A stretch of 64,000 bases of DNA, taken from assembly GCA_973851085.1 (NCBI GenBank), contig OZ316776.1:2914001-2978000 (forward strand), written 5' to 3'. Below, one piece after another: positions 37,641 through 51,219 of the stretch. The stretch is from Ptychomitrium polyphyllum. Taxonomy: Eukaryota. The notes beneath the pieces were generated by a model. That model was not told where the DNA came from. It worked only from the letters and a program-made list of their open reading frames with translations, and ran no database searches. A program made the translations under genes and the position numbers. The first letter of the stretch is position 1. Each line of letters opens with the position of its first letter.

Positions 37641-38015
37641 GGTGTCCATGCACACTCCACCCTTGATGCCTCCAACATGTTAGCTTGATTCAATCTATGG
37701 TCTCAAATGTTCATCATTCTATATCTGATTATCATGGAGAATGTATCATGGAACTAAAGTGAAATTAGATAGCAAAACATAAAAATCTCGAGATTACCAT
37801 TCAGCAATGCTCCTTTAGCGAATTCTCACGACCTCAATATTCAGTATATTTTTAACATAATCACAGAATAGTACAATCCTGAGACAGGCTAAACCAGATA
37901 AGGTTTCTAATATAAAATCTACAAGCAGACAGATCAAATAAGGTCCCCCTTGGCCTGCTTCAGTGCTAATTCCGCCATTTCTAGAGGTACAAAAATAAAA
38001 GCAAAAAATTCTACA

Positions 38016-40847
38016 TCATCTCTCCAGTACTCGAAACTCAGCCATGCCTTCCCGCCTGGTTGGAGAGTACCATACACAAAGCTTCGAAGCACCCGTAGCG
38101 TCAAGAGGATAATCAAGACCATAAATAGTCTCTTGTACAATTGGTTGGTGCTGCTGCAGAAACCATGGATCAACTGATACTCGAGAGTCTATGCGTGCAC
38201 GAAGAGGTCCAATCACCTGAGCCATGAGAGAAGAGTTAGCCATTCAAACCCAAATACTTTTCCTAACACTCTATATCCAGACATATAGTACTTCAATTCT
38301 ATCAACACCCTCCGGTCAGGACAACGTGGACACTAGAACCTGAACTTCTGCAGTCTCCTTTTGAACTACTCACATATGACGGGGATACGACCAATAAACA
38401 ATCAAGAGGGCTTCAGTGCATAAACAGAAACCATTCTCTCAGAACGAAAATATTTGAAAGGAAAACATCCGTTCTAGATTTTTCAAATTCTAAGGAGTTT
38501 GTGAGAAGTAAACCAAATGTCGCATAACATTAAGTACCTGCTGTTGAAGAGACATAGCCAGAGTGGAGTGTCCAAGGTCGTTGCTAACATTTCCAAGTTC
38601 TCCTTGAGTAGAGGGATCCTTAAATCCAGAAGAAATAGCAGCATGTAACGCAGTAACCGTCCCTAGGTCAAGTCGTACCCCGATCTTTGTGAAATCACAA
38701 AAACGACTTTCAAACAAGCCAAACTGGGCATTTAAGCCTACTGATGCGAATAAGTCTGCAGAATAATGGGGACCTACAGCTTGTGGTAGAGATTCATGAA
38801 CGGGTGCTTCGAGATCCATTGAAGGTTGGAATTCATTCTTCCCAAACAGCGGATCCAACCTTGCAACTACCAAGCCCCCTGGATGGAAAATCACACCGTC
38901 AGCTCAGCAATGACTCACCCTTTGAAGACTCAAAAATCTACAAGCAATCAACTATGGACTTCTTCATCGAGACCCGTGCTTCACTCTGTTAAGATCTTGG
39001 TTGATATAAGTTGATATATAAATTAATATATAAATTGATATAAAAAGAACTAAAATATAGTTCATTGACATTTTCTAACAAGCCTGAATGATTGTTCAAG
39101 CGGCAAGACGATAAGGATCACCAAAAAGTTGCCCAAATGATACGCTCTTTAAGCATGAAATGCTTACCTAAAGCGCTTGAAAGGGAGATGTGAGGCCGAG
39201 CCTCGAGAAAACAGTAGGACTTCTTCAAACTACGACTTAAGTTGGCCTTCCAGAGACCCAAAGACTTCTCCATTGAAACACCAGCTTGAATGTGCATCCC
39301 TGGGAGAGCTCCAAGTGGCACTTTCCGAGCATTTTCGTCGCCCATACACTCCGTCGGTGCACCAGCACTATGGTAGACACCAAGCCGGTGCCGAAGGCCT
39401 CCTGGAGCCCCCAACGAGGCTACATCAAGTGAAACTGTTCGTGGCACATCCCAGTAGCGTGATTCGCGATCAATTAAGCACTCATGATAAGCTGCTTCCA
39501 AGCGAATTTGGTGTTGATCCAACTGAGCAAGAAGGCAACAATATTCAAATTTACTCGGGACGACATCTGCAAAGCTCTTTCGTTACGCTAAGTGGCAATT
39601 CAGAAATTTAAATTTATGCAGATGAACAGACATTCAAAGACCTTATGATGAAGTGCCACGCTTCCTCTCCATGGAACTCGACTCTTCTCTAAATAACCAA
39701 CAGCTTGTTGATCGAGGAACGATTGACGAGAGAGGGTATCAAGCTCCGAGGTGCAGCTGAGGGCAGTTCTCGGTCCAAGCTGAATCCTTGATCGGCCACA
39801 CAGGGCGTACAAAGAGCTCTCCAATAAGCGACTGGCACTTTCTTTCAATCTTCCAAATGTATTCGATGCTGATGTCTCAGCGGACGCACTATTTCGTAGA
39901 GCTGTATCGCTAACCCTGCATTGTGGTTGGTTATTTCTCCTTAACATTCGCTGCGCCCGCACCCGACCTGTTAGTGTGGCCCACCTGCATGATCTCACAA
40001 TGAGCTAACCCATTGGTTGAAGACATATAGATATGCTCATAGGCATGTGAGTATCATTAAAAAGCGGGACCCAGCTCAATGTTATCATGTGCTTGGCGAT
40101 TACGGACGATTCTTGAAATCATCCGTATCCTAACGTTTTCCAAGGTCATGAAGCCAGTTGTCATTTGAGAAGTAGCAGGATAATTCAACTACACATACAT
40201 AGGTACTTCTACCTTTCTTCCCACTCATCCAAATCTGTATCCATCAATGCAAGAGGTGTAAACAAAAGAAGACAGGAAATTATGAAATGAAGTACGGCAT
40301 GGCTGTTTTCACTCTATAAACGCAGGATGTCCACCTACATTATATGCAACAAGAACATATTATATAGAAGTCTAACCGTGCAGATTACTTATAAGATTCA
40401 CCTTACATCTTACAGAGCTTGCACGAACAACAGCCGCATTACCTAACTACTTCAACAGAAAGTATTCATATCGACGCAAGTTTCATTCAAGAAAGAGATC
40501 ATGCACGAGAACGACCTGCTTTGCAATCCAACTGCAGCTCACCTTTAGCCATGCAATTGGAGAGGCAAACAAGAAGCATATGCTCACCAGTTATCGCCTC
40601 CAGCGCTGCCCAGAACACGATCAAGAACCAATCCACCATCGTTGTCCGCATCAACGACATAGGATGGCGTGCACGGAATCCTCAGAAGCCGCTGCAACAA
40701 GAGCAATTGCTGCGACCTTGACAGGCGACTCCCGGCCACCAACCCTAATGGCGGAGGCTGAGCAGGCAACGCATGCGCTACTGCATCGAGTGATCTCGGC
40801 GAACTCACGTCCTCATTCCAGAATTGCGACGCGAGCGCAGACTTCAT
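38016..40847 (-). CDS. TGD4: TRIGALACTOSYLDIACYLGLYCEROL 4-like chloroplast outer-envelope lipid transfer protein; exons 40847-40588, 39984-39642, 39522-39168, 38878-38538, 38216-38016
   Basis: N-terminus FWNEDVSSPRSLDAVAHALP.QPPPLG...RLSR; YWDVP.TVSLDVAS; SADLFASV..NAQFG.F...F.DFTK; SLQQQVIGPLRARID; C-terminal WYSPTRREGMAEFRVLE. All introns are GT-AG and in phase. Confidence 0.93.
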
Positions 40848-40853
40848 CGTAAA

Positions 40854-40856
<3 letters not shown>

Positions 40857-40914
<58 letters not shown>

Positions 40915-40923
40915 CCCCCCCCC
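40857..40923. repeat. (TC)n microsatellite followed by a C run, just upstream of the TGD4 start
   Basis: About 55 bp of TC dinucleotides and then ~12 C. Confidence 0.95.
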
Positions 40924-41792
40924 AAGCTCACATTCTCTCATCAGTCGAATTCGATTTCACCATTTCGTTCCCCTCAACCCTAATCTTCACAACAGGATAA
41001 AATCCTCATTATACGATCGGAGAAAAGTAGGAAAACATAACATAGAACGTGAAACTGTATCACAAAAGCGACAGCGTTGACGAGAAGATGATGACGACGC
41101 CAATACTTGCCAGTTCCTACCAATCCCAAATACATGCCCAGTTACAAAGTATCACATCACAAAGGGATTACACTTCGCTTAAAGGCTCCGGTGATGAACC
41201 CTGACCAAAAAATAAGATGCAAACTGAAGGGCTCTTGCTCATGATTTTTCGTTGTAATCAGTGGTTGCGCTCGAAAACAAGTGTGTGTTGATCCCCAATC
41301 CCAGCCTTCCAAAACCTCACCTTCTTTGAACAGGTTCAAGGGCGAAGAATCATCCCCGTTTTGGATGATGAGCGACAGTTGTTCATTGAAACCTTCGGAA
41401 ACGTTCACCTGACGCGCTCTTTTCCATCGAAGTCTCGTCAAGGTTTGTGGATATGGCTACAAGGATACGCCTTGGAGACAAGAATCGAGGCTGTGGGTTG
41501 GGGGATTTGACGACGCAAGGGCCAGAGCGGGTTCTGTTCTGGGACTCTGGCAACTGGTTGGAATAGTATGCGAGACGAGAGATCATCGTGACGCGAGATG
41601 GTTGTGAGACGAAGCGGCGAAATTTTGGTATGAATCCATTTTTGGCTCTTGAATGAGCTCTGCGCGAGTTTGGAAGGGCCATGCTGAATGTTGAGGTTTC
41701 GAGGAGGCTGAGGAGGTTTTCAGTGGAGTTGTTACACGCGCATTGACGAGAAGACAGTTCTTTTGAGTGAGCGGGAGTGAGGGTTTTCCGTC

Positions 41793-43532
41793 ATGGCCAC
41801 TGGGATGACGAGGACGCTGGCTACTGCAATCCACGCCTCAGTTGCACACTTCTCGTCGCGGGAGAGCTCTGCCTCTTCGAATTCCGCCACTGTTTCGCCC
41901 AGAGGCTCCTTGTCGAATGAATTTTGCAGTAACGCGTCGAGAGCAAAATTCAAGGGTTTAGGGTTTAAGGAGAGAAGTGATGAAGATTGTTGCAGTTTTG
42001 GAGGTTTATGCAATTCTTTGCGGGTTCATTCGTGCAATTCGTCGGCTTCGATTACTCGAGCGTCATTGCGACCAGGCCACTTTGCGGAGCCGAGTGTAAC
42101 AGCGAAAGATATGGAAAAGTATGAAAAACAGCTGACAGAGGGGGAGGCTGTATCAGAGCATCTGGAATCGATTGGAGTGGATACGACGAGCCTTGACGAC
42201 ATCGAAATTCCTGCTTCCCTTTCGATTGTACGTGAGCGCTTGGAGTTTCTGCAGAAGATCGGGCTCACGGTGGAGGACATCAACGACTACCCTGTCTTGT
42301 TGGGGTACAGCGTGAAGCGAAACCTCATTCCCGTTTTGAGCTACCTCGAATCTCTTGGCGTCAGTTCGAAGTCTCTCCCCGTCATCGTGCGTAAGTATCC
42401 GCAAATCCTTCACTCTAGTGTTGTAATTGACTTGCAACCACATGTGGAGTATCTAGAGGGGCTGGGCATTCAGCGCGCTGATATGAGCAGCGTCCTCACG
42501 CGCTATCCCGAGATTTTTGGTTTCAAGATTGAAGGCACCATTAGCACCTCAACTGCATACCTTATAATGCTTGGTGTAAACCCTCGAAAAATGGGTTATG
42601 TTCTCACAGAACTGCCGCAGATTCTAGGTATGCGTGTAGGCAACAATATTAAAAGAAAAGTAGACTTTCTTAAAAGCTTTGGTCTCTCCCAATCCGCGAT
42701 TGCAAAAATGATTGAAACGCGGCCATATTTTTTGGGGTTGGATTTAGCAGAGCAAATGAGACCTGTAGTGGACAGCCTCGTAGAGTTAGGAGTAGCACAG
42801 GATGCAATTAGCCGTGTCGTAACGCAGTTTCCAGACATTCTGAGTCTCGATGTGAAATCGAAACTGGCGGAGAGGATGGCTTGGCTCACCTCAGACGTCG
42901 GCATAAGTGCGGATGACATGGGAGAAGTCATCACCAAGCTTCCTCAAATTCTCGTCATCAACACCACGAAGGCCACTGCTAGAGTCGAGTTTTTGAGGCA
43001 GGCGGGATTTTCAGCTGGAGATGTTGGCTCGATGGTGACTAACTGTCCGCAACTGCTTGCAGCCAGTATTGAGAAGAGCTTGAAGCCCAATTTGGATTAC
43101 TTAGTGGCGAAGGTGGAGAGAAAGCTTGTGGAAGTGATAGAGTTTCCAACTTACTTGTTGTATAATTTAGACGAAATTATACGACCACGACACGAGGAGA
43201 CTAAGGAGAAGGGTGTAGAATGTAGCCTGGCGTGGATGTTGAACTGTGACAACGATGTCTTCCAGCAACGGTTGACTCTAGAATATGCAGAGCAAAGGAA
43301 CCAGGACGAGGAGCCAGATGTGCCTTACATTGTTACTCGTAGAGCGCGGCTAACCGATGAATCCGAGGCTGAAGTTTTTATGGGTAGAGGTGATGCGGCT
43401 GAGAGCAAATCATCTGTAGGCGAAGAGAAGCAGGAAGAAGAATCAGATGCGCCTTTCATACTTACGCGTAGGACGCGGCTGATAAACGATAGCGAGGATC
43501 AAGATGATGCGCAGATCAGGTCTTTTGGGTAG
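41793..43532 (+). CDS. MTERF4: mTERF-repeat protein, mTERF4/BSM/RUGOSA2-like, organelle-targeted
   Basis: Ser-rich transit-peptide-like N-terminus; ERLEFLQKIGLTVEDINDYP.LLG.SV..NLIPVL.YLE; YPQILHSSVVIDL; GFKIEGTISTS.AYL; ILGMRVGN.IK; SLAWMLNC. Single exon. Confidence 0.92.
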   Translation: MATGMTRTLATAIHASVAHFSSRESSASSNSATVSPRGSLSNEFCSNASRAKFKGLGFKERSDEDCCSFGGLCNSLRVHSCNSSASITRASLRPGHFAEPSVTAKDMEKYEKQLTEGEAVSEHLESIGVDTTSLDDIEIPASLSIVRERLEFLQKIGLTVEDINDYPVLLGYSVKRNLIPVLSYLESLGVSSKSLPVIVRKYPQILHSSVVIDLQPHVEYLEGLGIQRADMSSVLTRYPEIFGFKIEGTISTSTAYLIMLGVNPRKMGYVLTELPQILGMRVGNNIKRKVDFLKSFGLSQSAIAKMIETRPYFLGLDLAEQMRPVVDSLVELGVAQDAISRVVTQFPDILSLDVKSKLAERMAWLTSDVGISADDMGEVITKLPQILVINTTKATARVEFLRQAGFSAGDVGSMVTNCPQLLAASIEKSLKPNLDYLVAKVERKLVEVIEFPTYLLYNLDEIIRPRHEETKEKGVECSLAWMLNCDNDVFQQRLTLEYAEQRNQDEEPDVPYIVTRRARLTDESEAEVFMGRGDAAESKSSVGEEKQEEESDAPFILTRRTRLINDSEDQDDAQIRSFG

Positions 43533-46332
43533 AGTTTCGTTGTTAAAATATATCCTCTTACAGCAAAAAACTGATATTACAAGATTGAGCTCCAGATTGT
43601 CTGGTATGGCCTTCGTTGCTTACGTTTTTCTCTTGACCATTCTTGTTTCTTATCTGAGTGATCGTGGTCAGTGCAGAAATATGCAACATGTATTAACTCT
43701 TTGAGCTGCGTCCTTGCTTTCTGAAACACAGCCCAGAGTCCACGACCATGAGAGTTAGCTATTGAATTGCACACCAGATCGATACTGTTATCTTGCCTTT
43801 GTATGTATGTAGTATCGTCTGGGACCGAACTAGAAATACAGGTAGTGATATGATTCAAGCATTACTGGATCGCTGACCTGCTCTTCATGTATATGATTTC
43901 CAGATGACTTCGGTGTCTCATGAGCCTGGAATCATCTGTTGGAGTAGAATAGATATGATGGGCAGTGACGTCACCACGGTAAGATATGGGCGATGTGCTT
44001 CTCGTATGTCTGATCTTAGATGTACTTCACTACTTGAGACATATTTTTGCGTGCAGATCTAACTTTTTGAACCCAGTTATGAAGAGCTTTCTTGAAGGGA
44101 GTTGCTTCCTTGCTTCGAATTTGCCGAGTGCGTGATATTTGGTGGCGCTACGGTGTGGATGCCGTGTACTATACGAACTTCTAGGTGCTAGTTTCGATTG
44201 CACGCCGTTCACTCCCTTCTGCCCACCTGACGATACGTATGCCTTCTTGACTGCTTGAACTCATCCAGGTCGAAAGCTTTGATAACCCTCTGAAATACTG
44301 GAAAAGCATATCTCTCACCTCTACTGAGAAATTCTTCGTGCGAAGTGCGCATGAAACTGCAATATTTGTGTGTGTACCAAAGTCCAGAAATGGATGATGA
44401 ACTGAGAAACGACGATTGATTCTTCTGGAGAGGAGAGAACAAGGACAATAGAAGCTGGAATGCCGCTGCCTCCTCTAAACATAGATGTAGATATGCTCCT
44501 AGTCTTCTGAAACTAGTCACAGAAATCATTTCCGTTACGGTCGAAGGCACTCCTAATCCTCTGAAAGGTTCCTATAATCAAGCTTTATGCTAATTCTGGA
44601 AATATTTCCTGTTCACACGAGCTGTTCGCATGTTGAAGCCTTTGCATTTGCTGGACTTGTAGAGAGTTGCTGCGCGAGCGCTACAGTAGTGTTGCCGCCA
44701 ACCAGCAGAAATTTGCGACAAGTCTAGGACGTGGGTTCTGTGGGTGGGTTGAGTCTGTCTCTCCTGTTTACTCGCTTGCGCGGAGTCGTAGGAATCCGTG
44801 CTCCAGTGACTCGGCGATCAAGGAAGATATTGTTGCTGCCGCTGCTGCGTGGTTTGCGAGGTGGGTCTTCGAGGTCCTCCTGTCGTTTCCTTCCCTGGGT
44901 TTTGTAGTTGGACTTTCTACATTGAGCCGGTTGTCATTGCATGTAGAAACTCAGGGTTCTTTCTTTCTGGATTTCACATCCAGTGCATGGCATGTACCCT
45001 TGTTTGGTGCTCTCTTGTTGGATTATTTGATGCTCGCGGAAGAATTGCGAGAGGGGCGGACGAGTGTTGCATGTTATTAAAAAGGTTTGATTTTTTTCGT
45101 GTCAGGGGACAACCTCCGTAAGTGGTGAGAGTTTTTATCTCCTTTGGACTTAGAAATGTACGTTGTGAAAGTTTGATGTCGTGGGCACCTACGCAGTTTG
45201 AAGAGGCAAGTTCGAGATGTGTAGTTTTCTCTGTTCTAGCAGGAATGGAGTTATCTGGTGTTTCCAAGTTTTGAGAGACAAGAAAGGAGTAGGGGTTTGT
45301 ATCTGTAAACAGAACACCGATCTAATCCTTAATGAGCGAGTTTTCAATTCTGCAATACAGAACCGCACATTTACTTCGTTTTACAACCGACCTAAGATTG
45401 ACCATTCATTGAACATCTTAAGCCATCATTTGGTGAAGTAATCTGATCGTAGAATCGTTTTATATTCTTTGGCCAGACTCTTCATAGATCAGTTAGGGAG
45501 TCGAAACCGAGTAAACTTGAGCACTAGTATTTAGCAATTGGGAAATTTCTGATCGATAAAAGACATGAGCTTGGCAGATTTAGAACGGGGAAGTCAATAT
45601 CTGATCCTTCTAAATCTTAGGTTTGATTGTATTAGATTGATTTTTGAATAATTTCTTGTAAACGGAAGTATAAGGTAGTAGCAATTATAATTGTGCTCTG
45701 TTTTTTGCAAATTGTGGATGTGTTGATAATATTTTGTTGAAAACCTAGTAAAAAATCTCAGTGGACACCGACTTGTCACCACGCTTCAGTCATCTATGTA
45801 TGAGTTTCATGTGTGCTTTTAGAGCTCACCATTGGGCTGTATTTACCCTTTTGAGTCTGGCAGAATGTGTGACTGTTGAAGTGGAAGTTTGATTTGTGTA
45901 TGAGAAGGGGTTATTCGTGTTCTCCCAGGTTGATACAGTTTCCAGCCCTAGATAAGCATATTTGTACAAGTTTGTTAACGACGATTGTCTTACTATATGG
46001 GAAAGTCAGGTTGGCATTCTAAGAAAATATACTCTCTCATGTGCAGATATGGTTCTGTAGGAAAGCAGAGAATGGAAGGAGAGCAAGCGTGAATGTTCTA
46101 TTCTCACCAATTTGGAAGGTGTGTCCCATTGATAGATATGTAACCATCATCTCTGGGGACCCAGTTTTGCAGAGCTTTTGATCTACGTATACATCCGGAA
46201 ACGATCCCGTAGACAAGACTCGAAGGACAGTAAAGGCTGTCAAGCCAGGGCGCCTCAACCGATTTTTAGAGCTCACCTCAACAGAATAAAAAATAGAGAG
46301 GCAATTTATTGTATGCAGATTAGGGTTCAGAA

Positions 46333-48057
46333 ATGTCAGAGATGGAGAGAACTTCGAGTCCTGTGCTCGGCAGGCAACGAAGTGTTTCTTCGGGGCCGAC
46401 TCTGCTGCACTCACGATCGAACTCCCAGCCAGGCTCCGGCTCTTTCAACTCGTTGAGAAGGGGTCAGAATTACGCTGCCAAGGCTGCAGCTGCACGTTTG
46501 GCCCAGGTTATGCAAGCCAATCGTGACTTTGGCTCAGATGACGAAGACGAGGATGACATGCCTCACTACAGCTCCTCGTATTTATCAAGTGTAGCACAAG
46601 CTGACTCAAGACGAGAACCGTCTCCAAGGATTTCAAGGGTGCATGATGCATCTCCAGCTCGTGCAGCCATGGAGAGCAGTACGTTGCGGCCGTCAAGGGG
46701 CTCTTTTCACAGGCCCATAGCTTTGGTTCCTTCTCAACCTGCTTTCCAACGACCAAAGCCAGTCATAACAGCGGTTTCTGCAGCTATGCGACCTGTAGAG
46801 CCATCTTCTGAGGTACATGATCGTCTCCGAAAATACACCTCTGATCCAACCCCAGTTGCAGTTGGGTCATATGATGCAGGAGGGCGAAACTCTAGACGAG
46901 AATCAGCAGCTTTGCTGGATGAAATCGACATGCTCCAAGAAGATAACGAGAGCCTCTTCGAGAAGCTACGCCTTGCGGAGGAGAAGCTAGCTCAGAAGGA
47001 CTTCAGGACACGAGAATTGGAGAGGCAGGTCACAGCAGTGGGGCAACAATCACTTGACGCGTCAGTAGACTCGCTAGACTCTCGTCTCCGGTCCAGGAAG
47101 GAGCAGTTTCTGAAGCAACGAGAGGCAGCTCTGAAGGCAGCGAAGGAGCAAAGCATAGACGTCAAGGATGATGAAATTGCGCAGTTGAAGTTGGAGGCTG
47201 AGGCTGTAAGGGAGGAGGCAGCCGCTGCTTCGGCAGCTGCTCACGAGGTGGAGATTGAAGTGAAAGCTTTGAGGACCATGACCCACCGCATGATTTTGAC
47301 ACAAGAAGAAATGGAGGAGGTCGTGCTCAAACGGTGCTGGCTTGCACGCTACTGGGGACTGGCTGCTAAACACGGGATACACCCGGAGATAGCGACCTCA
47401 AAGTCAGACTTCTGGTCGTCACTTGCTCCTCTACCTTTAGAAGTGGTGCTGTCTGCAGGACAACGTGCAAAAGAAGAACCCAGTTCTGAGAACCGGAACA
47501 GCAAAGGACCCAGTTCTCAAACAAAGGGAAAGACACGAGACGTGAATGACATAACAGGAGAGGGCAACATCGAGAGCATGTTGGCAGTGGAGAAAGGGTT
47601 GAGGGAGCTGGCTGCTTTGAAAGTGGAAGACGCAGTTATGCTTGCCTTAGCACGACATCGACATGCTGCAGAAGCTGCTCGAGATTCCACTGATAGCCCA
47701 AGGGCTCCACTTTCTTTGGAGTTGAGTCCCATGGAGGTGGAGGATGTGCAGTTCAAGCAGGCATGGTTGGTGTATTTCTGGCGAAGGGCTAAGACGAATG
47801 GTTTGGGGGCTATTCGTGCCGAGAGTTGTATCCAGCTCTGGATCAGCCGAACCATGTTGCAGACTACGGTGCGGGATCAGTTGGATGTGGAGCGGGGTAT
47901 GATGGAGCTGAGGGCGCTTGGGATAGAGGAGCAGCTGTGGAATGTTTCCCGTAAGGAGATCAACAAAGATGCTGCCGATCAGAAGGTGGATGTGCTGGAA
48001 GTTTTAACGGCGTCCAACAGTTTGCAGCGGACCTTGAGCTCTCCATTTCTTCAGTAG
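46333..48057 (+). CDS. SCD2: Coiled-coil protein SCD2-like (stomatal cytokinesis defective 2 family)
   Basis: [125 protein letters not shown]. Single coding exon. Confidence 0.92.
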   Translation: MSEMERTSSPVLGRQRSVSSGPTLLHSRSNSQPGSGSFNSLRRGQNYAAKAAAARLAQVMQANRDFGSDDEDEDDMPHYSSSYLSSVAQADSRREPSPRISRVHDASPARAAMESSTLRPSRGSFHRPIALVPSQPAFQRPKPVITAVSAAMRPVEPSSEVHDRLRKYTSDPTPVAVGSYDAGGRNSRRESAALLDEIDMLQEDNESLFEKLRLAEEKLAQKDFRTRELERQVTAVGQQSLDASVDSLDSRLRSRKEQFLKQREAALKAAKEQSIDVKDDEIAQLKLEAEAVREEAAAASAAAHEVEIEVKALRTMTHRMILTQEEMEEVVLKRCWLARYWGLAAKHGIHPEIATSKSDFWSSLAPLPLEVVLSAGQRAKEEPSSENRNSKGPSSQTKGKTRDVNDITGEGNIESMLAVEKGLRELAALKVEDAVMLALARHRHAAEAARDSTDSPRAPLSLELSPMEVEDVQFKQAWLVYFWRRAKTNGLGAIRAESCIQLWISRTMLQTTVRDQLDVERGMMELRALGIEEQLWNVSRKEINKDAADQKVDVLEVLTASNSLQRTLSSPFLQ

Positions 48058-51000
48058 TCTGGGATTGCAATAGCAGCTCCCTGATTTGCAGAAGCTTGTA
48101 CATTTTATTTTTTAGGTTACAGGAAGGTGAGGGATCCTGGTAGGTCACGAATCTTACTGAAGGCTCGTTAGATTAATTGCAAGCTGTTTAATTCGGTTTT
48201 AGTTGGTGCATACACTGAGCGCTCACTTCCAACTTGTTGAATAGAAACTTTTATGTAAGCAAAAATCTCCTCAATTGGGTCGACGTTCCTTTGTCCTTGA
48301 TTCTGGCTTCAATGGAAACAGGTTACTGTATATATATATATGATTGTTCTTGCAGTGAAACCCAACTTGGTATGCTCTTTACACTGAAATACCATCAGTG
48401 TACTCTTGGATACCTAGGAATCATTTCTATTGAGATTTGAAAAATTGTCTTAATAGACACATTTGAAAAGAATAGACCCCCTCTAAGGCCATGAGTTCAA
48501 ATGCTTATCTATTTCAACACACAAGTTGATTGACATCTTCAACTCAGGCATTTTCTGTTGTGAGGAACTCTCTTTGCAGGAGGGTTATGGTTGATTGTCC
48601 TAAACCACCAACTTAAGCAATTTGAGCTATGTGCTGTATCTGAAAAAATATGTTTCTCTTGTAACAACGAAGTTTTTATGAGAAATGCACATTTTTTTTC
48701 ACAATTTATACAATGGTTGAAAGTGAAAAGTATAATGTGATCCAATATTGTCATGTAGGTTCTCCAACATACAAAGTCCATGATATGATATTAGTTTTCG
48801 CTTATAATGATACTTTAAACCACTACCTACTCCCTCCCAAAGCTTGGCATGCCATTGGTTTGTTTGCTCCCTTGCAAATAGTGGATATGGAGGTGGTGTT
48901 GTTTGGAGGTGGTGTTGGTTTAAGGACAGCGGACTTTACCAACTAACCAAATTGTTCCGTGCAAAATTGAAGCTGAACTTTGTAGCATAGTGGCCACGAA
49001 TCCTGGATATTTGATTGTGCCAAGTGCTGGTTATCTGGGGGAATATTCATGTTTGTTGTGGATGCCGTGTACCAACTGTTGATTGCAGTTCAGTGTCTCC
49101 TATTCACTTGACAGGAGCCAAAATTGGCTTTTACTGATAGCTTGAACTAATCCAAGTTTACCCGAGGGTTGGTCCATCTTCTACTAGAGGTGTGAAAACC
49201 TTTTCTGTACAGGCTCAATATGGGAGCATCAGCACTTGAGGCTTCTCTCCACAGGCATTCGCAGCTCTGCTAGAAGACTTGGTTAAACTTCATTCACAAT
49301 GTAGCAAAACCTCTAGTGACAGCCGAAGTCAAACAACCGCGGCACATCACGAATGCAATGAAGCAGTCAACGTCTTCTACGTCAAGCATGGAAATAAGTT
49401 AGACCCTACTATCGATCCTGGTGGATTCTCTAGTGTCGACACCTTCCCCTACCTGCATAACGCAAACTCACCACTGACAGGCATCAAATCTACAGTGCTT
49501 AATGAATCCCCGTGTAACCCTCTAATGATTCTCATCTTTCCGGAACCAGTACGGTAAAAGGATCCATGTAAATCCAAATTTTCTATCGTAGAACATTTCA
49601 AAACCTCGTCCTTGCATCGCAGTGTCTTCATCGCTACTCTTGCAACCCAGTAATTCTGAAATCCTTTGTGACGTACATGGAAGTAGTTTTCGCGGAGCTC
49701 AATCATTGTCTCCATCACGACGCTCGAGGACATTCATCCCTGCAGAGTGCAGACCTGGGTTGAACGTTACCTCATCCTCACAATAACCGCTACTTTTGCA
49801 ACACCTTTTCAAACCAGACACGAGAACAACGAAACATGCTGCCAAAAACTTGATGTTTACTTTAGTCTGCCTCCGACATGATTCCTGTTACCCATTTGAA
49901 TCTACGAGTAACTGAAACTCTCACCCCTTGAGTCCTGCTTTTAAAGTTATATTGCCAACGTGATTTACCCTAAACAATTGAGTGACCACGTCAGTTGATT
50001 GGACTGCGGCTCATCGGACGATACGCCTTTGCCGCTATTCCGCGGATTAAGTCTTTCACACCTGGCACCATCATCATAGCTAGGCCTTGCTGTGCACACT
50101 GGCATACTTCTTCTCTAGAGCTTTTCTTGCACTTCGCTACTATTCCTATTTTGGGTACTTACGGCTTCCATGTTAATGTCAACAGGGCATGCTAGGTGGT
50201 CCAGGTGTGAGGTATCATTACCAGGGAGTACGCATTAGATCCAGCCATAAGATTAGTTCTAATTATAAAACTTCACAGCTATTGCCCCCTTGCAAACTCA
50301 CCGCTGTGCACCGACTGGAAAAAGTTCTAGAGATTTTAGTCGTACCGATTATTCTAGGCCGGCCTCCATTATTCGCCAGTTCCGACGGTGACGTATTTGA
50401 ATCAGATACAACAACCTAGCAGGTGCTTGTTACGAATTACATTGTTGGAGGAGGTAGATCTAGTCTAGTGCTTGCTACAGATGTGTCGGAGCTCGGGAGG
50501 AAATGCTGCCTAGTAGCTGAATCCGGTCTCGTTCGATGTATGAGCACGAGATTGAGATTTAGGAAGCTTAGGGGAGGTTGCAGTGAGGATTCAAATACAG
50601 AAAATAGTGCGTTAGCTAGAAGATCACTTACCATTCGTCGAAGTGCTGTAATAGCAAGCAGGGCTCATTGTTCCAACAAGCAGGGCACCCTTTAGGAGGG
50701 GGTTGCCGTAAGAATTCTGGGACCAACTTTTGCGATCACCAAACTGTCTCTTCCAGCAGCATTGGAGATCGTCCTTGAGCGCTTTAGAGGTATGAATGCC
50801 ACTTGAGGTTCTCGAATGATTTGTTGAAAGTGTCGAATGATGTAGTGGGTGCTGTTCAGAGTGTCGAAAACGAATCTCTTTTGGTTTGATGCTCCTACTT
50901 ATGTACAGTACACTGCCAGATTTAAAGATCAAAGAATGTGCAATGAGTGCCGTACTTGAGACACACTTACAGAGAAGATAGACGTTTCCCTGTCCGCAAT

Positions 51001-51219
51001 GTAAACATTATTGAATCGACGGTAGGGCTTAGATTACGCAACGTTTACCTTCAATGCTGCTGGATTCAATACACTCTTGAACTTCGTCTTAGCACGGCGG
51101 ATTTCCATTCTGAGCTACCCTACCAACTAAGAGCAAGGTGCTCAAGTAGAAGATTTTCATTTTTCCCGGATTCCTGTCCCAGCTCGATGAATGCTTAGGT
51201 AGCGAATCGTGCTGTCCAG

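Noticed and set aside
37352..37693. Hydrophobic 113-aa ORF resembling a membrane protein
   Set aside because: Translation artefact of the CAA/GACAA low-complexity tract.
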